A DNA stretch of 64,000 bases from Raillietiella orientalis (Eukaryota): positions 2,976,001 through 3,040,000 of the forward strand of contig JAYWIR010000025.1 of the NCBI GenBank assembly GCA_036172245.1. Direction: 5' to 3'. The notes beneath the pieces are model-generated. The model saw only the letters and a list, made by a program, of their open reading frames with translations, was not told the DNA's origin and searched no databases. The position numbers and the translations under genes are program-made. Numbering within the stretch: the first letter of the stretch is position 1; each line of letters opens with the position of its first letter. Positions 36,955 to 48,774 of this stretch are shown in pieces.

Positions 36955-37705
36955 CAGCTCTTTAACGCTGCTCCAGGCTACGCGAGGGTGCGTGTAATTC
37001 TTCAAGATAGGGGCATCTGGTAGGGGCCTGCACTATGAATCCAGGAAGGGCTCCGCAGAAGGGAGTCCGTTCCTCTCACTCCTGGGGAGGGATCCCGGAA
37101 ATAGAGATCACCTCCACGCTGGTTGTCTCCGAAGGGGAACCCCAAAGTAAATCTCCTTTCTTATTCTTTCCGAAGGACCCTCGGGGGGTCCGCTCCATTT
37201 TTTCATCCTTGAAGGGAACATGGAGAGGATCCGCTCCTGGAATTTTCCCTCCAGAGGGGGCCCGCAAGGGAACCGCTCCTCGCTTCCTCCTCTGAAAAGA
37301 ACCCAGAAGGGACGCTTCCGAAATTCAGAAGGAAGCAGCATCGACGAAGGGATCGGCTCGTATCTCTGCACTCTTTGGAGAGGTGGTGGCGACACACCTA
37401 CTCCATCAGTACGATGAGGAAGGTCCCCTGTAATGGCTGTCTTTTCATTCAAAACCAAAAGGGAGCTTACACTCCTTGATTCCTGAAAGGGCCCCGGAGA
37501 GTCAACTTCCATTGTCCCTGATCTTATTGAGGGCATTTGGTTTCAACCGCTACCAGTGCCACACCCGGATGAATGTAGGTCATCCAGCGACATCTTGCGT
37601 GAGGAACTCGGAACCCACGACGCATTGCGTCGATTCAGTTCGGAGTATTCGAACCCGCGACGCTTGGTGGCGCCACACGTGGAGACCACCATAACCACCC
37701 GGCCT
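36955..37705 (-). mobile_element. tRNA-derived SINE, copy 3
   Basis: The minus strand reads ggccgggtggttatggtgg..cgcGGGTTCGAATac..gcgtcgtgggtt. Core and the 3' segment gaacggactcc..ggagcccttcctggattcat match copy 1. Confidence 0.72.
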
Positions 37706-37721
37706 CCGACGGGGCTGTTTT

Positions 37722-40700
37722 AGGAAGAGCAGGCAGAGCCAGCGAGAATGATACGGCAAATGTACCAATGAATAATTCAATAAACAAAAATCACACAATA
37801 CACCGGCAAAGTCCTCCTTATGTCCAGCTGCAATAGTAACATCAATATACCACAGATGCAACAAGCCAGACTGTGGAATGGCCTTCTTTTCCAAAAGAGG
37901 GCTCATGAGTTATCAGGACTGGCACAGCAAAACAGAGAGGCGAACTCAAACAAACGAAGACAACGCCGAGAATACTGAGAGTATGGATAATTTGGAACCG
38001 AATGAGCAGGAAATAGAAGAAAAGACACCTTTACCAGAAGAAACCTCCGAGAAATCCCGGCACTAGAAGGAAGTGAAGATGGAGAATTCTTTGGCAACTT
38101 AAATGACATCGTGGGAAGTTCCATTGAAGAGGAAGAAAACAGTGCGGAAGAAAATATGTATCCATACCAGACAAATTACAGAATCTGGTGCGAATGCCCC
38201 CTCCTTGAAGATACTTCCGGTATCCAGAACAGTGAAAAAAAGGAAAGAGAAGAAAAAGAACTGGCTCAAACTAGCTACACCCCGATCGCACAAAACGATC
38301 AGGATAACGAAATGGAAAGATACCTTGATAAAGAACCACATCATCCCGCGGAAGAAGAATGCAAGTCGACTGAGGAGGAGTCAATAAATGAAAAAAACAT
38401 TGAAGAAAAAAAACTCGAAAAGGTAGAAAGTAAAATACGCAGAATGGCGCAGGCATGAATGACTAAGAAAATAACAAGGAACAAACCAACCCTTCTACGA
38501 AGCCACCAATAGAAAAAGAGCAATCTCAAGCCGTGTACTAATCGGAGGACACATGCTGGAAGAAGAGGCATACGAAAATCTAATATCAGAGGTAAAAATC
38601 CTCATAAAAGTAAAAGAATCGAAAGAAGAAACTAGAAGAAAAGAGAAAGAAAGAAGAAACTAGTGATGAACCCCCTAAATAAAAAAAAATTCAAAAATGA
38701 TGCAATATGAATAGAAGGAGATCGATAAGAACGATACTAGGACATACAAATAGCATGTGCTCACTCGACACCCAAAAAGTAGAAGACTACTTCCATCAGG
38801 AACTGAGAATTCCCGAAGCAGCGGATGAAAAATTAATGGAAAACATATTGTTAGGAAGAAACCAAGAGATCTCTGCCATGAACATGACTCCCTTCTCCAC
38901 CAAGGAAGTTGCAAATCACCTGAGAAAAGCATAACACTGCCGACCAGGAATGAATGGGATCACTTATGCAGGATGGAAAAAAGTGGATCCTAACTGAGAA
39001 GTGATTACCCTTGTGTTCAACATTCCATTAAGAACGAAGAAGACACTACCCTCCTGGAACTGCACGAAAACCATTCTGCTCTCCAAACCAGGAAGGAAAC
39101 TTCAGGAAATGCCAGATTGGAGACCGAACTTCATAGGCATCTGTAGATTGTACGGAAATGCCTTTCCTCAAGACTCAAAGAAAGGCTTATAACCAATGAA
39201 ATTATGAGCCCTCAGCAGAAAGGTTTCATGCCATTTGATGGAGTCCTCGATCAAAACTTCATCCTACAGACACATTTGGATCACGCGAGAAGATGTCGCA
39301 AAGACCTAGGGCTAGTCTTCATAGATCTCACAAACGCATTTGGAGATATCTCACACGAGTTTCTGCCAGGAACTCTCAAGGAAACAGGAGTGGGCGAGCA
39401 GTTCGTTACTCTCATAAAAGAACTCTATGAAGACAGCACGACCTTCATCAAAGTGGAGTCTGGAGTCACAAGACGACTGACATTACAACGAGGAGTAAAA
39501 CAAAGATGCCCGCTGAGCTCCTTACTGTTCATATGGTCCTTAGAGCCGATAATCAGAACATTCAAGGAATCGTATAGGGAAGACATCTTACTGGCCTACG
39601 CCGATGACCTGGTGATCCTTGCAGATAGCGAAAAAGAATTAAAAAAGCGTGTAGTCACATGGAGTCATTACTAGAAAGAATCGAACTCACCATCAACCCT
39701 ACAAAGTACTCAACGCCATTCTACGGAGGGAAAACTCCAAAAGGTTCAAAACCCATGGAGATCCAACTCAAGAATGGCCGCATTCCAAACATTGAACTTC
39801 CAATAGCTTACAAATACCTGGGAAAACCAGTTGGAATAGAGATCTTCAATAAGCAACCAACAAAAGAAGACATCTTCGAAAAAGCGGAAAAAAATCTGTC
39901 ATCCGGACTGTCACCTTGGCAGAAGTTGGATGCGCTTAAAGGGCTTTTCTTCCCGTGCCTCATCCACTTTGAGAGGCTAGGGATGCAGTCGAAATCGGAT
40001 TGGAAATTTCCAGACACCAAGATACAGACGGCTAGTGTAGAAAATAATACACCTTTCCCGACTGCCGCAAATGAGTACATATACGGTGACAGGAAAAAAG
40101 GCTGCCTTGGGCTAATGAGGCCATCCGCTGAAGCTGATACCTTCATCATGGATAGCTGTTTCAAAATTTTAACGTCGCCAGATGACATAGAAAGGATTCT
40201 CTCCAGAGAATCTTTGCGTGAGGTGGTAGCAAAGAAAATACTTCAACCACCCACAGATAAAGAAGCTGGTCAATTCCTATCTGGAGAATGCAACGGGAAG
40301 TTTGCAAGAAGCAGCGAGGACATGCAAAGTTTATGGACAACAGCTAGGCAAGCTTCCAAGCGCACCAAGGCTCTATGAAAGTTCGAAGAGAATGAACCAA
40401 AAGTAAATATTCATTCATGGAGTGGTGCTAGACAGCACGGTTAGGAAGAAATTTGCTGCCAACGTCCGGTCAATCCAACGAGAGAAAATGTAGATTTCCC
40501 CAATAGAAAATCACCTGAACCAAGGGAAAGCCATGCACTGCGTTGGACTACACAAGGATTCCAGACACTTCCTTACTTCAGGTGACCGCATTCGATTCGC
40601 GGATTATCACTTCATCCACGCCGCAAGGCCCAATGTCCTACCAATTAGAGGAGCAGCGAGAAGATTGCCAGCCGATCGCCTATGCCGAAGATGCAACTGG

Positions 40701-41366
40701 AAGGATGAAACATTGCCACACATACCATCGCCATTGCGTGATGCATTTCCCGGTGCACATCTCTCGACATGATGCAATCGTGCTGAGAATACAAACAGTT
40801 GCCACGAAGGCAAGAGTATGTAAGTCATGCCAGAGGACCAAATGGTAGCTGGAGTTGACTCCCCGTGGAAACCGTATCTCATCTTTGAAAAATACGGAAA
40901 GTGGATCGTAGTGGACGTTACCTGTCCATTTGAAAACAAGGAAAACGCGTTCACCGAAGCACGTCAAAAGAAAGAAGAAAAGTACGAGAATCTGATCCAG
41001 GTGATAAACCAGACCGGCAAAACAGCCATCATGCAGGTCTTCATCGTGGGGGCATTCGGATCATGGGATCCCAAGATTGATTCTTTGCTAAGATTACTTG
41101 GAATCAAAGAAAACAGCGCCAAAAAACTAAGAAAACTGGCCGTATCCTGCTGTATCAGGGCAAGCAGGGACATCTACTGGACGCACAGATTGGGGCATCC
41201 ACCCGACGATGCAATCGACCCCATCCATCATGAGAACAGCCCCACAGCCAATCTCCAGGAAACTAAGTAACTGTTAATCAATCAAAAAGAAAAAGCAGGA
41301 AGAGCAGGCAGAGCCAGCGAGAGTAATACGGTTACTGTAACACTGAGTAAATCAACAAAAATCGCA
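37722..41366 (+). mobile_element. Utopia/NeSL-clade R2-group non-LTR retrotransposon, near full-length but inactivated by stops and frameshifts
   Basis: N-terminal C2H2-like finger CNKPDCGMAFFSKRGLMSYQDWH (~37858-37926) and an acidic linker. RT motifs: WRP, SPQQKGF, FIDLTNAFG, RGVKQRCPLS, LAYADD, YKYLG, LSPWQKLDA. CCHC CRRCNWKDETLPH, then RHDAIV. RLE KP(D>Y)L..VVDVTCPFEN..AF..ARQKKEEKY, IVGAFGSWDP, SRDIYWTH. Stop at 41270. Confidence 0.9.
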
Positions 41367-43846
41367 AATCCATGATTTCGAACGATTTTAATCCAATCAT
41401 TATAAATCTTAAAAACATTTTTTTTTAAAATGGCTTGCATTTTTTCCATTGCCAAATTACGTAGAGTCGGATACCTTGGAAACATAAAGTCATGAACTAG
41501 TTGTTAGATTGGACAATAATATTTCTTTTTCATGAAGATTTACATATATTTGAAAATGGGTGTGAATATTTTAAGGATCCACAAATTATGTACTTTTGGA
41601 GTGAATAATATTCCAAGGTGCCGATTTCATTGCATTGATAAGACAACCACGAAATGTTAGTTTAAATTATTTTAACCCGTAAAGGATCCATGAATCTTTC
41701 TGAAAAGTGTTCTGGGAATGAATATTCTTAGATAATTTTTAACATTTATGAAATTGTATGTCAGCACAAACCTATGTAAACCTTTGTTTTATCTACTTTG
41801 CTCATTTCAGACTACTATGAGAATCTTTTTCGTTTGATTCGATGAAACCCAGATACAATAGGGCATACCTTGTTGGGTACTGCCTAACTAATGGAGCCCC
41901 TAATTATTGATGGTATAATCAGGACATATATCTATAATTAAAGAATCATTCCTCTTTAGCGTCTTGTTTTAAGAGTAATGAAATCCAGTAACTCAAACAT
42001 GGGTTCCTACACAAGGTAAACTTAAGGGACGCTCTAGAGTTGAGCTAACAGTTCTTTAAGTACTTCATGAACTTATTGTGTGCGGAACCAAAAAGTAATA
42101 GCTATTGAATTATGGAGAAACTATGAAGAATTCTGTGGCAATACAGTTATTTTTGCCATCATCATCTCCACGGTTGTTGCAATCTTGTTTTTCTAAGGAT
42201 TAAGTCTCAAGGACGTGAATAATGGAATATCAAGGATTAATACACGGATGCATGAGAAATTCATATATTAATGATAGAAAAAAGTATAAGCTTGAGAATA
42301 AAGTTTAATAAAGTTTCAAAGGGACTTTTAAAGAGATTATTGTAAATATGGACCCGTATTTAAAAATGTCACTGATCATCATCTTACTGAAATTGCTGTG
42401 TCCAGATTAAAAACAGCCAAGTCATTATTTATTTACTAATATAGATGATTAACACAATTTTTTCTATAAGAATGCATTATTAAGGATGTAATGAAATTTA
42501 TATATATTTCGGAATCAAAATAAATACTTCTTTCGTAGGTATATTATTATTCTGTGACTCATTCCTTCATTATGCTGTCCACATACCTGAAATACACTTC
42601 ATGGACTATCAATGTACCATTACACTTCAGTGCAGAAATCCAGAGCATGATTGCAAGGAAAACATTTTTAGTACTCCATCTAAAACACCGGATATGAAAA
42701 GAAGTTTGCGTACATGAAGAAAGAAGAGAATCTTAATGAGATAAAGTACCACTTTAGAGAGGAAAAAAAAAGGAAGGAAACTGTGACTGGAAGCAAAAGT
42801 GAGACTGCTGTACAGAAGAGATGGAATAGAAAAGCCGATCAGATCGAGGGAAAGTAGAAAAGCTTTTGAGTGTCGCTTGGGGATCCTAAGAGTAGATTCG
42901 ATTAAAGCAGTACTGCAACGAATAAATTGCAGGTAACAATCGATCGCAATGTTCTTCCCCTGATAGATTGGTGGATGGCACAGCTTTAGAAAAAAACCAA
43001 GTAAGGATTTTGGAAACGGATCACAGCTTTGTATCTTTTGGAAATGTTCGAAAGTCTATCACATCAGTAGCAGGAAATAGGAATTTGCCTCCAGTGGTAA
43101 CAGAGAATCTGAAGAGAAGATTATAAAAGGAAGACTTAAAAAGCAAAGCAAACGCACGGAATGGATGAAACAAAAATCCCGACCCTTGATATTCCAGAGG
43201 TTCGAATGACCCTTGCACTCGGACTAATTGCGGCAACAAAGACATGTTAAAATGAGAATCCACCGTCTTGGCGCCGAAGGTCTTCTGTAGAAATAACTGA
43301 TTGCATATTTATAGTTAGCATTGCTAAGAATTTATTCTATCCTGCTGCCTGCCATAATGTCCCAAAATCTTGGAGAATTGCAAGTTCCCTTTCATCTAGT
43401 TTTCCTTCCACGATTTTGAGGCAAATCCAGTTCCAGAGGGTGAAGCTTCATCGAAAGTGGAAAAAGTGCTGGGGTGAGGCAACGGCTTCAATGAATGCAA
43501 GTCGTTCATGATGATATGATTTTAGGGGCGGCAGCCAATTGTGTGAGACTGATTGGAAAATGTTTGAAACGTAAAATTAATGCCCTGCGTTGTCATTAAG
43601 GAGCCCTCTAGAATATTTTGTTTCCGATTTGTTTCTTGTAGTATTCTTGCAGAATTTGTGCAAAGTACCAACCCAACGTACCAACCCAACGTCGTACGAA
43701 CATGATAGCACGTGTTTTGAACAGGGGTGTGTGGCGCCCCTTTTTAAAATGGGAAATTTCATTTGCAGCTCCAAGAAGTTTCAATAACAATAAGTCACCG
43801 CATTTGGTGCGAAAGTCCAGCAGAAAGTGTAATTTAGCATTTCTAT

Positions 43847-46800
43847 ATGGACACTAAGCATTCAGTAACGTTCCATCGAAAAGAATGTGTAAGTTTGGGT
43901 TTGAATTGGTTGATTTATGCAAGCCCTCGTTAGATTCGAACACTATTTGCCGCATCCTGTTTCTTTAAAACAAGGGTAAATAAGCATAACAGTGCACTGA
44001 CTTGGATTCTGGAAACCAGTGATTATTTCAAGAGTAATGTATTTTTTTAAATTGCACACCAAAACAACTGACAATTTATATTCAGAACAGCAGTTAACTT
44101 GGCTCAAATGGTTATTTTTGATTTTACATAGAGAAACCCGATATCACGATTGGATTTCCAGTAGGACAACAACATCCATTATCATAAATAGCTTTGATGT
44201 TTCCATTTTAGCATCGTTACTTTGGCAGGTCTGTAGCATTGCTTTGTGGGCTGTTGCATTATGCTGATTTAAAAGAATCTAAATTTACAAATGTATTTCA
44301 GAGCTTGTGGTATGGTGTTATTAGTGGAGAATTAAGTACCAAAGATGCACAGAAAATATTCAGGTTAATATGCAGTTTCTACTTGTATCATTTCCAGAAA
44401 TATTTAGCAAGCTGCCAAAGTTTTCCTTAAGAATTGTATCTTATATTCACATACAAATTGATTACAAAGTTGGATCTGAATGGTTTTTGTTTGTTAGTAC
44501 ATTACCCAAATATAACCATCTCTATTTGCGAAAGCATTATGCATGCTAAGTATTTATGGAAGCAATTTCATTACATTTGAATATTTCAAGTAACAGCTCA
44601 TTAAGTTATAACATCTATAAAGATGTAACTTGGGATCAAAAAAATAAGGTTACGTGCAGCTTCATCTGTTTTATGGGGGAAAGTGAAAGTTTGTAACTCA
44701 GTTTGATATACCAGCAAGTAAGGATAGATAGGATATGAGGATATTGGCATATGATGTTAAGTGAAATGCATGACCATTTGTGAAAATATAGCATCATTCT
44801 GTATAATTATTCAAAATGTAATATGGATTTTTCATAGAATCTCTCTGTGGTTCTATTTCTATGTAGGGTCCTTGAAGTACAAGTGAATTTGAGAATCTGT
44901 ATGCTTCAATTATGCCTTCACTTTGATTCGACAAATCTTGTTTGCTTAGTTTTTATATGATCATCTGCATGTTTATGACATTTTTCATACTTTCTCAACT
45001 TTTCTGTGTATTTATTGCTCTGCAGTTGCAAAATATTTAATGATTGTTATATAGACATCCTTTTTAGTTCATTTCCTTCATTAAAGGTTAACGCAGTACA
45101 AGTTAATTTTAGTGATGTTTATGTTGGATGCATTGTTGCAGATTGTGTCTTTAAATGATTAAGGTGGCATTTAGTTAATAATTTGACAAATTACTAAAAC
45201 AGAAAAGATTCTCTGAAATTTATGTTATAATTTCTATTTCAATTTCTCATGTTTTTCTTTTCTCCAAATATTGTTCTTTTAATATTTGCTGCTACTGCCA
45301 TCATTCTGACATGATGCACCTATGCTTTAGCGTATGTTGATGCATTTTCATGTTTTGAAAGGTACATTGAACAATGCATTGCTCGAAAATATTGATAGAA
45401 CTTGATGTTTGCATATTTTGTATTGATCTGTTATTTTGAAGACTTTGTTTACTCAATAATTCATGTTTATTAAGTTAGTTGTTTTTCCTTGTTTTTCTCC
45501 ATAACGTTTATTCCTTTGGAAATATTATCAGTTCTTATGTTTGTCTTTCTCATTTCATTTTAGCATATTTTGGAATACTAAAAAAGTTCACAAAGAAACT
45601 ATACTGCTGGATTACCTAAATTTCATTATGAACAAAAGTATTGATACATTGAAAACATCTGCTGTTGTAAGTTTGTTTATTTGATGTCAGCTTTGTGTGG
45701 CAGTATTGTTAATGTGTCATCATTGTTGAGTCTTGGTTTTCTTCATTCATACATCCAGTTTATAACAAATGATATTGACTTTATCATCAATATTATTGTG
45801 TAAACCTCTTATTTGTACAGTGGATCTCTGTTGAAAAGTATTATCAAGTGGAAACTTTAGAAGGCAAAATATTTAAATTTATATCATACATTTGGGTTTT
45901 TTGAGGGAAATAATAGTTTGTATTAATTTAGAATATATGAATGTTGACTTTTAAGCAAATTTGTTTTGCAAACAAGTGGTATTGAATAAATGTAAAATGC
46001 CTCAGAAAGCAGTCAGAAATCTCAAAATGCTTTTGTTTTTAATTATGGAAACAATTTCATGTTCACATATCAGATGTAATAATTTTGTTTATATAATTTA
46101 CATAGGTGGTTTTCTTAGTTAAGGAATTTTCGACTTTCTTAAAATTTGTAATTGATTTTAGCGTAATCTGATCAATCAATGCACAACTAAGGGACTTTAC
46201 AGGAATCTTAAAGTGAGCATCTATGATTTGAAAGTGATGTACAAGTGGTTTTGTGATTTTTATTATTGGAAGGTATATCAATCACAGTCAGAAGGTCAGA
46301 ATATTTTATCCATTTTTACATTCGTAAATATTATTTAGATGAAACTAATAAAGCTTCTCAACAGTGTGGCATCTACACAGAGAGTGATTGTGAACAACTA
46401 TTAACCTCTCCAGTATTATCAGATTGTTTAATTCCAATGTATGCAAGTATATTAAAAAAAAATAATAAATGGAACCTTATATATGAGTTGCTAAAGCACT
46501 TTCATAAAAATAATCCAAATAATCTCAATGCATATGTATATTCATATCAATTTCTCAAACATTATTCACATGAAAAAATAGCTTGCTTTATTCTTCTTCT
46601 CAAGGTAAATTAATACTTACAATTTTAATCATAAACTGATTTTTGTTTCTTATGCAGATTCTTTTTAAAGATCCTGGAAATCCATTAATTGAAGACCTTG
46701 TTTCATGTCTCTTGTCAGATAAAAAGATAAAACGACTTTCAGGTATTATTTTAAGAAAAAATGTATTTGCTCACGTCATTTTATCAAATTAATTCACCAA

Positions 46801-47624
46801 AAAATTTTTCCATTTTTAGAACAGTTGCTTGTAAAATCTTGTTACTTGTTGCTCAGATTATTAGATGAAATACAACACAAGGAGAGCATCTTAATTTGGA
46901 AGTGTTTGTTGCAGATCATAAAAGAAGGTTGTATAAGGTTGTATAATTTTTATACTGTTTGTCAACACTGTTTTGTTTAACTGTAGGAAAGAAAATAATG
47001 AGAATCATTTACATTCATCTGTGCTTCAGTTATTTAATAACGCAAGTCAGCAAGGGTGGTGGAAACCTTATCATTTCAATACAAAGGAAAATATCTGTCT
47101 GAATGAAAACAATTTTTTATTATATCAATACAAGTGTATAATATGTGTTTACTGTTTTGGAAAAAGTAAAGTATTTAATTATGTAATGACCTTAATGCAG
47201 TAATATTGTAGAATGTGACTTTTATAAATTATTTTCATCTTCATTCAACACGAATTGTGAATATCGAAATTTGTTACAAACTGTTATGCATTTAGTCCCC
47301 AAAGGAGTGGAACATTTACCATTAGCTTCAAGTGAACATTCAGATGATGATCTTACTGTAAGTTAATATGTTATCAATGAGACATTTGCATCTATAAGTA
47401 AGTTAGAATGCACTGCATAATATGCATTTGCATAGTATAAGTGTATTTATATTATGCATTTAGCATGTATAAATTCAATTAAATTGATGCTGTGTAAAGA
47501 TATGCTTTTTAATGGTTTCATTATATATTACATTAAGTTGTTACTGAACACGAAGATTTTACAGAAAGACAAATCATTATTTTAGGAGAATGAAAGAATA
47601 ACACACTCTTCTAAAGACTTGTAA
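43847..47624 (+). CDS. TAF1A: TATA-box binding protein-associated factor RNA polymerase I subunit A (SL1/TIF-IB TAF1A-like), multi-exon
   Basis: The spliced 3' half (46339-47357) reads NPNNLNAYVYSYQFLK, LLKILFKDPGNPL, LLDEI..IWKCL, GWWKPYHF, YKCIICVYCFGKKCDFY, colinear with the TAF1A motifs NPNAHIYLYNFLK/LDF/WKYL/WWPGFHF. Start codon and 5' exons are uncertain. Stop at 47366, or at 47624 via a final exon. Confidence 0.68.
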
Positions 47625-48319
47625 TCAGTAATCTCCAGGTGCATTTGGAACCTGCCAAAAATGTACTTGTATTATGAAGGGTCATAGTTTCAAGAAATGT
47701 GCTTCTACATTAAAACAATTTTGCACTATTAATTCTAGTCATGTATTATACTGATCGCCTATCTAATAGGGGATCTTTTGGGGGAATACATATCTTGATA
47801 TCAAATTGTGCATAATTAAATCATTTGTGAAATAATGGGAATTGCAAGAAAGTTATCATGTAAAATTGAATCAAAAGCTTTCAGCTGGATTGCATCTGTC
47901 TTTTTGCATTGGGGAATGTTAAAACTGCTAGTGCATTTGTACAGTATATTATAGATTTTTTTGTAATTCAGTAATTTATTAATTGTACATTTTTCATAAG
48001 TAAGCAAACTAATGTTAATAATAATAAATCATTAATATAATCAGCATATAATCAATAAATCCGAAATCAATTTTTTTGTGTTTCATATTCTTATTTGAAG
48101 TCATGAATGCTGCTTTGTTAGCTCCATGTATATGTGGTGTTCAGAAAGGCACACACATTTTTTGTTTTCTTTTCCTAAAAAGATGAAAGTTTCATCAAGA
48201 ATTTGTAATTCATAAAATTTCTATTTTCTAAAGAAATCATCTTTCTTTAGTGTAAGTCTTAGAATGTTCAAAGTATATTACTAAGGTTTCATTTGCAACA
48301 GTTACAACGAATTGAATTC

Positions 48320-48480
48320 ATGTACCATAGTTTGATTGTCCAGAAAGAATCTCATTTTTGCAAATACTTTTCTAGTGGTTTCAAGACATGGAGATTGATT
48401 TTCCCAATCTTTCGAATATTTTTGAAAAGAAACGATTGCGAACTCCAAATTTAGAACCAAAAAAGTCCAAGAAAGGATTT
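48320..48480 (-). mobile_element. Small LINE RT relic between TAF1A and XRCC3
   Basis: FFSKIFERL..KNEILSGQSNYG resembles SKIFEK..N.IL...QYGF. Confidence 0.4.
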
Positions 48481-48774
48481 GCCACTTCATGTGCAACTTC
48501 AAATTAAAAACAAATATATCCCTTTAATGCATTATGACAATGGGAAAAATGAGATGCAAATAAAGTGAAATCATATCTTTGAGGAAAAGAAAATTTAATC
48601 AAATATTTATTTGAAATATTTTAGTATTCAGTTTATTTGAAAACTTGGTTTTGTAAATCTGTTTTTAAAAAACCTAAACAGTATTGATTTTAGTGAGATT
48701 ATTATTTAATGATAAATAGTAATATTAAATGATGAATCATTTTCGCAAATAGCTTTGCCTGTAACACATCTGTG

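Noticed and set aside
41500..43550. Divergent gene upstream of TAF1A
   Set aside because: Short ORFs and acceptor-like sites exist, but I could not assemble a consistent spliced frame or recognise a domain.
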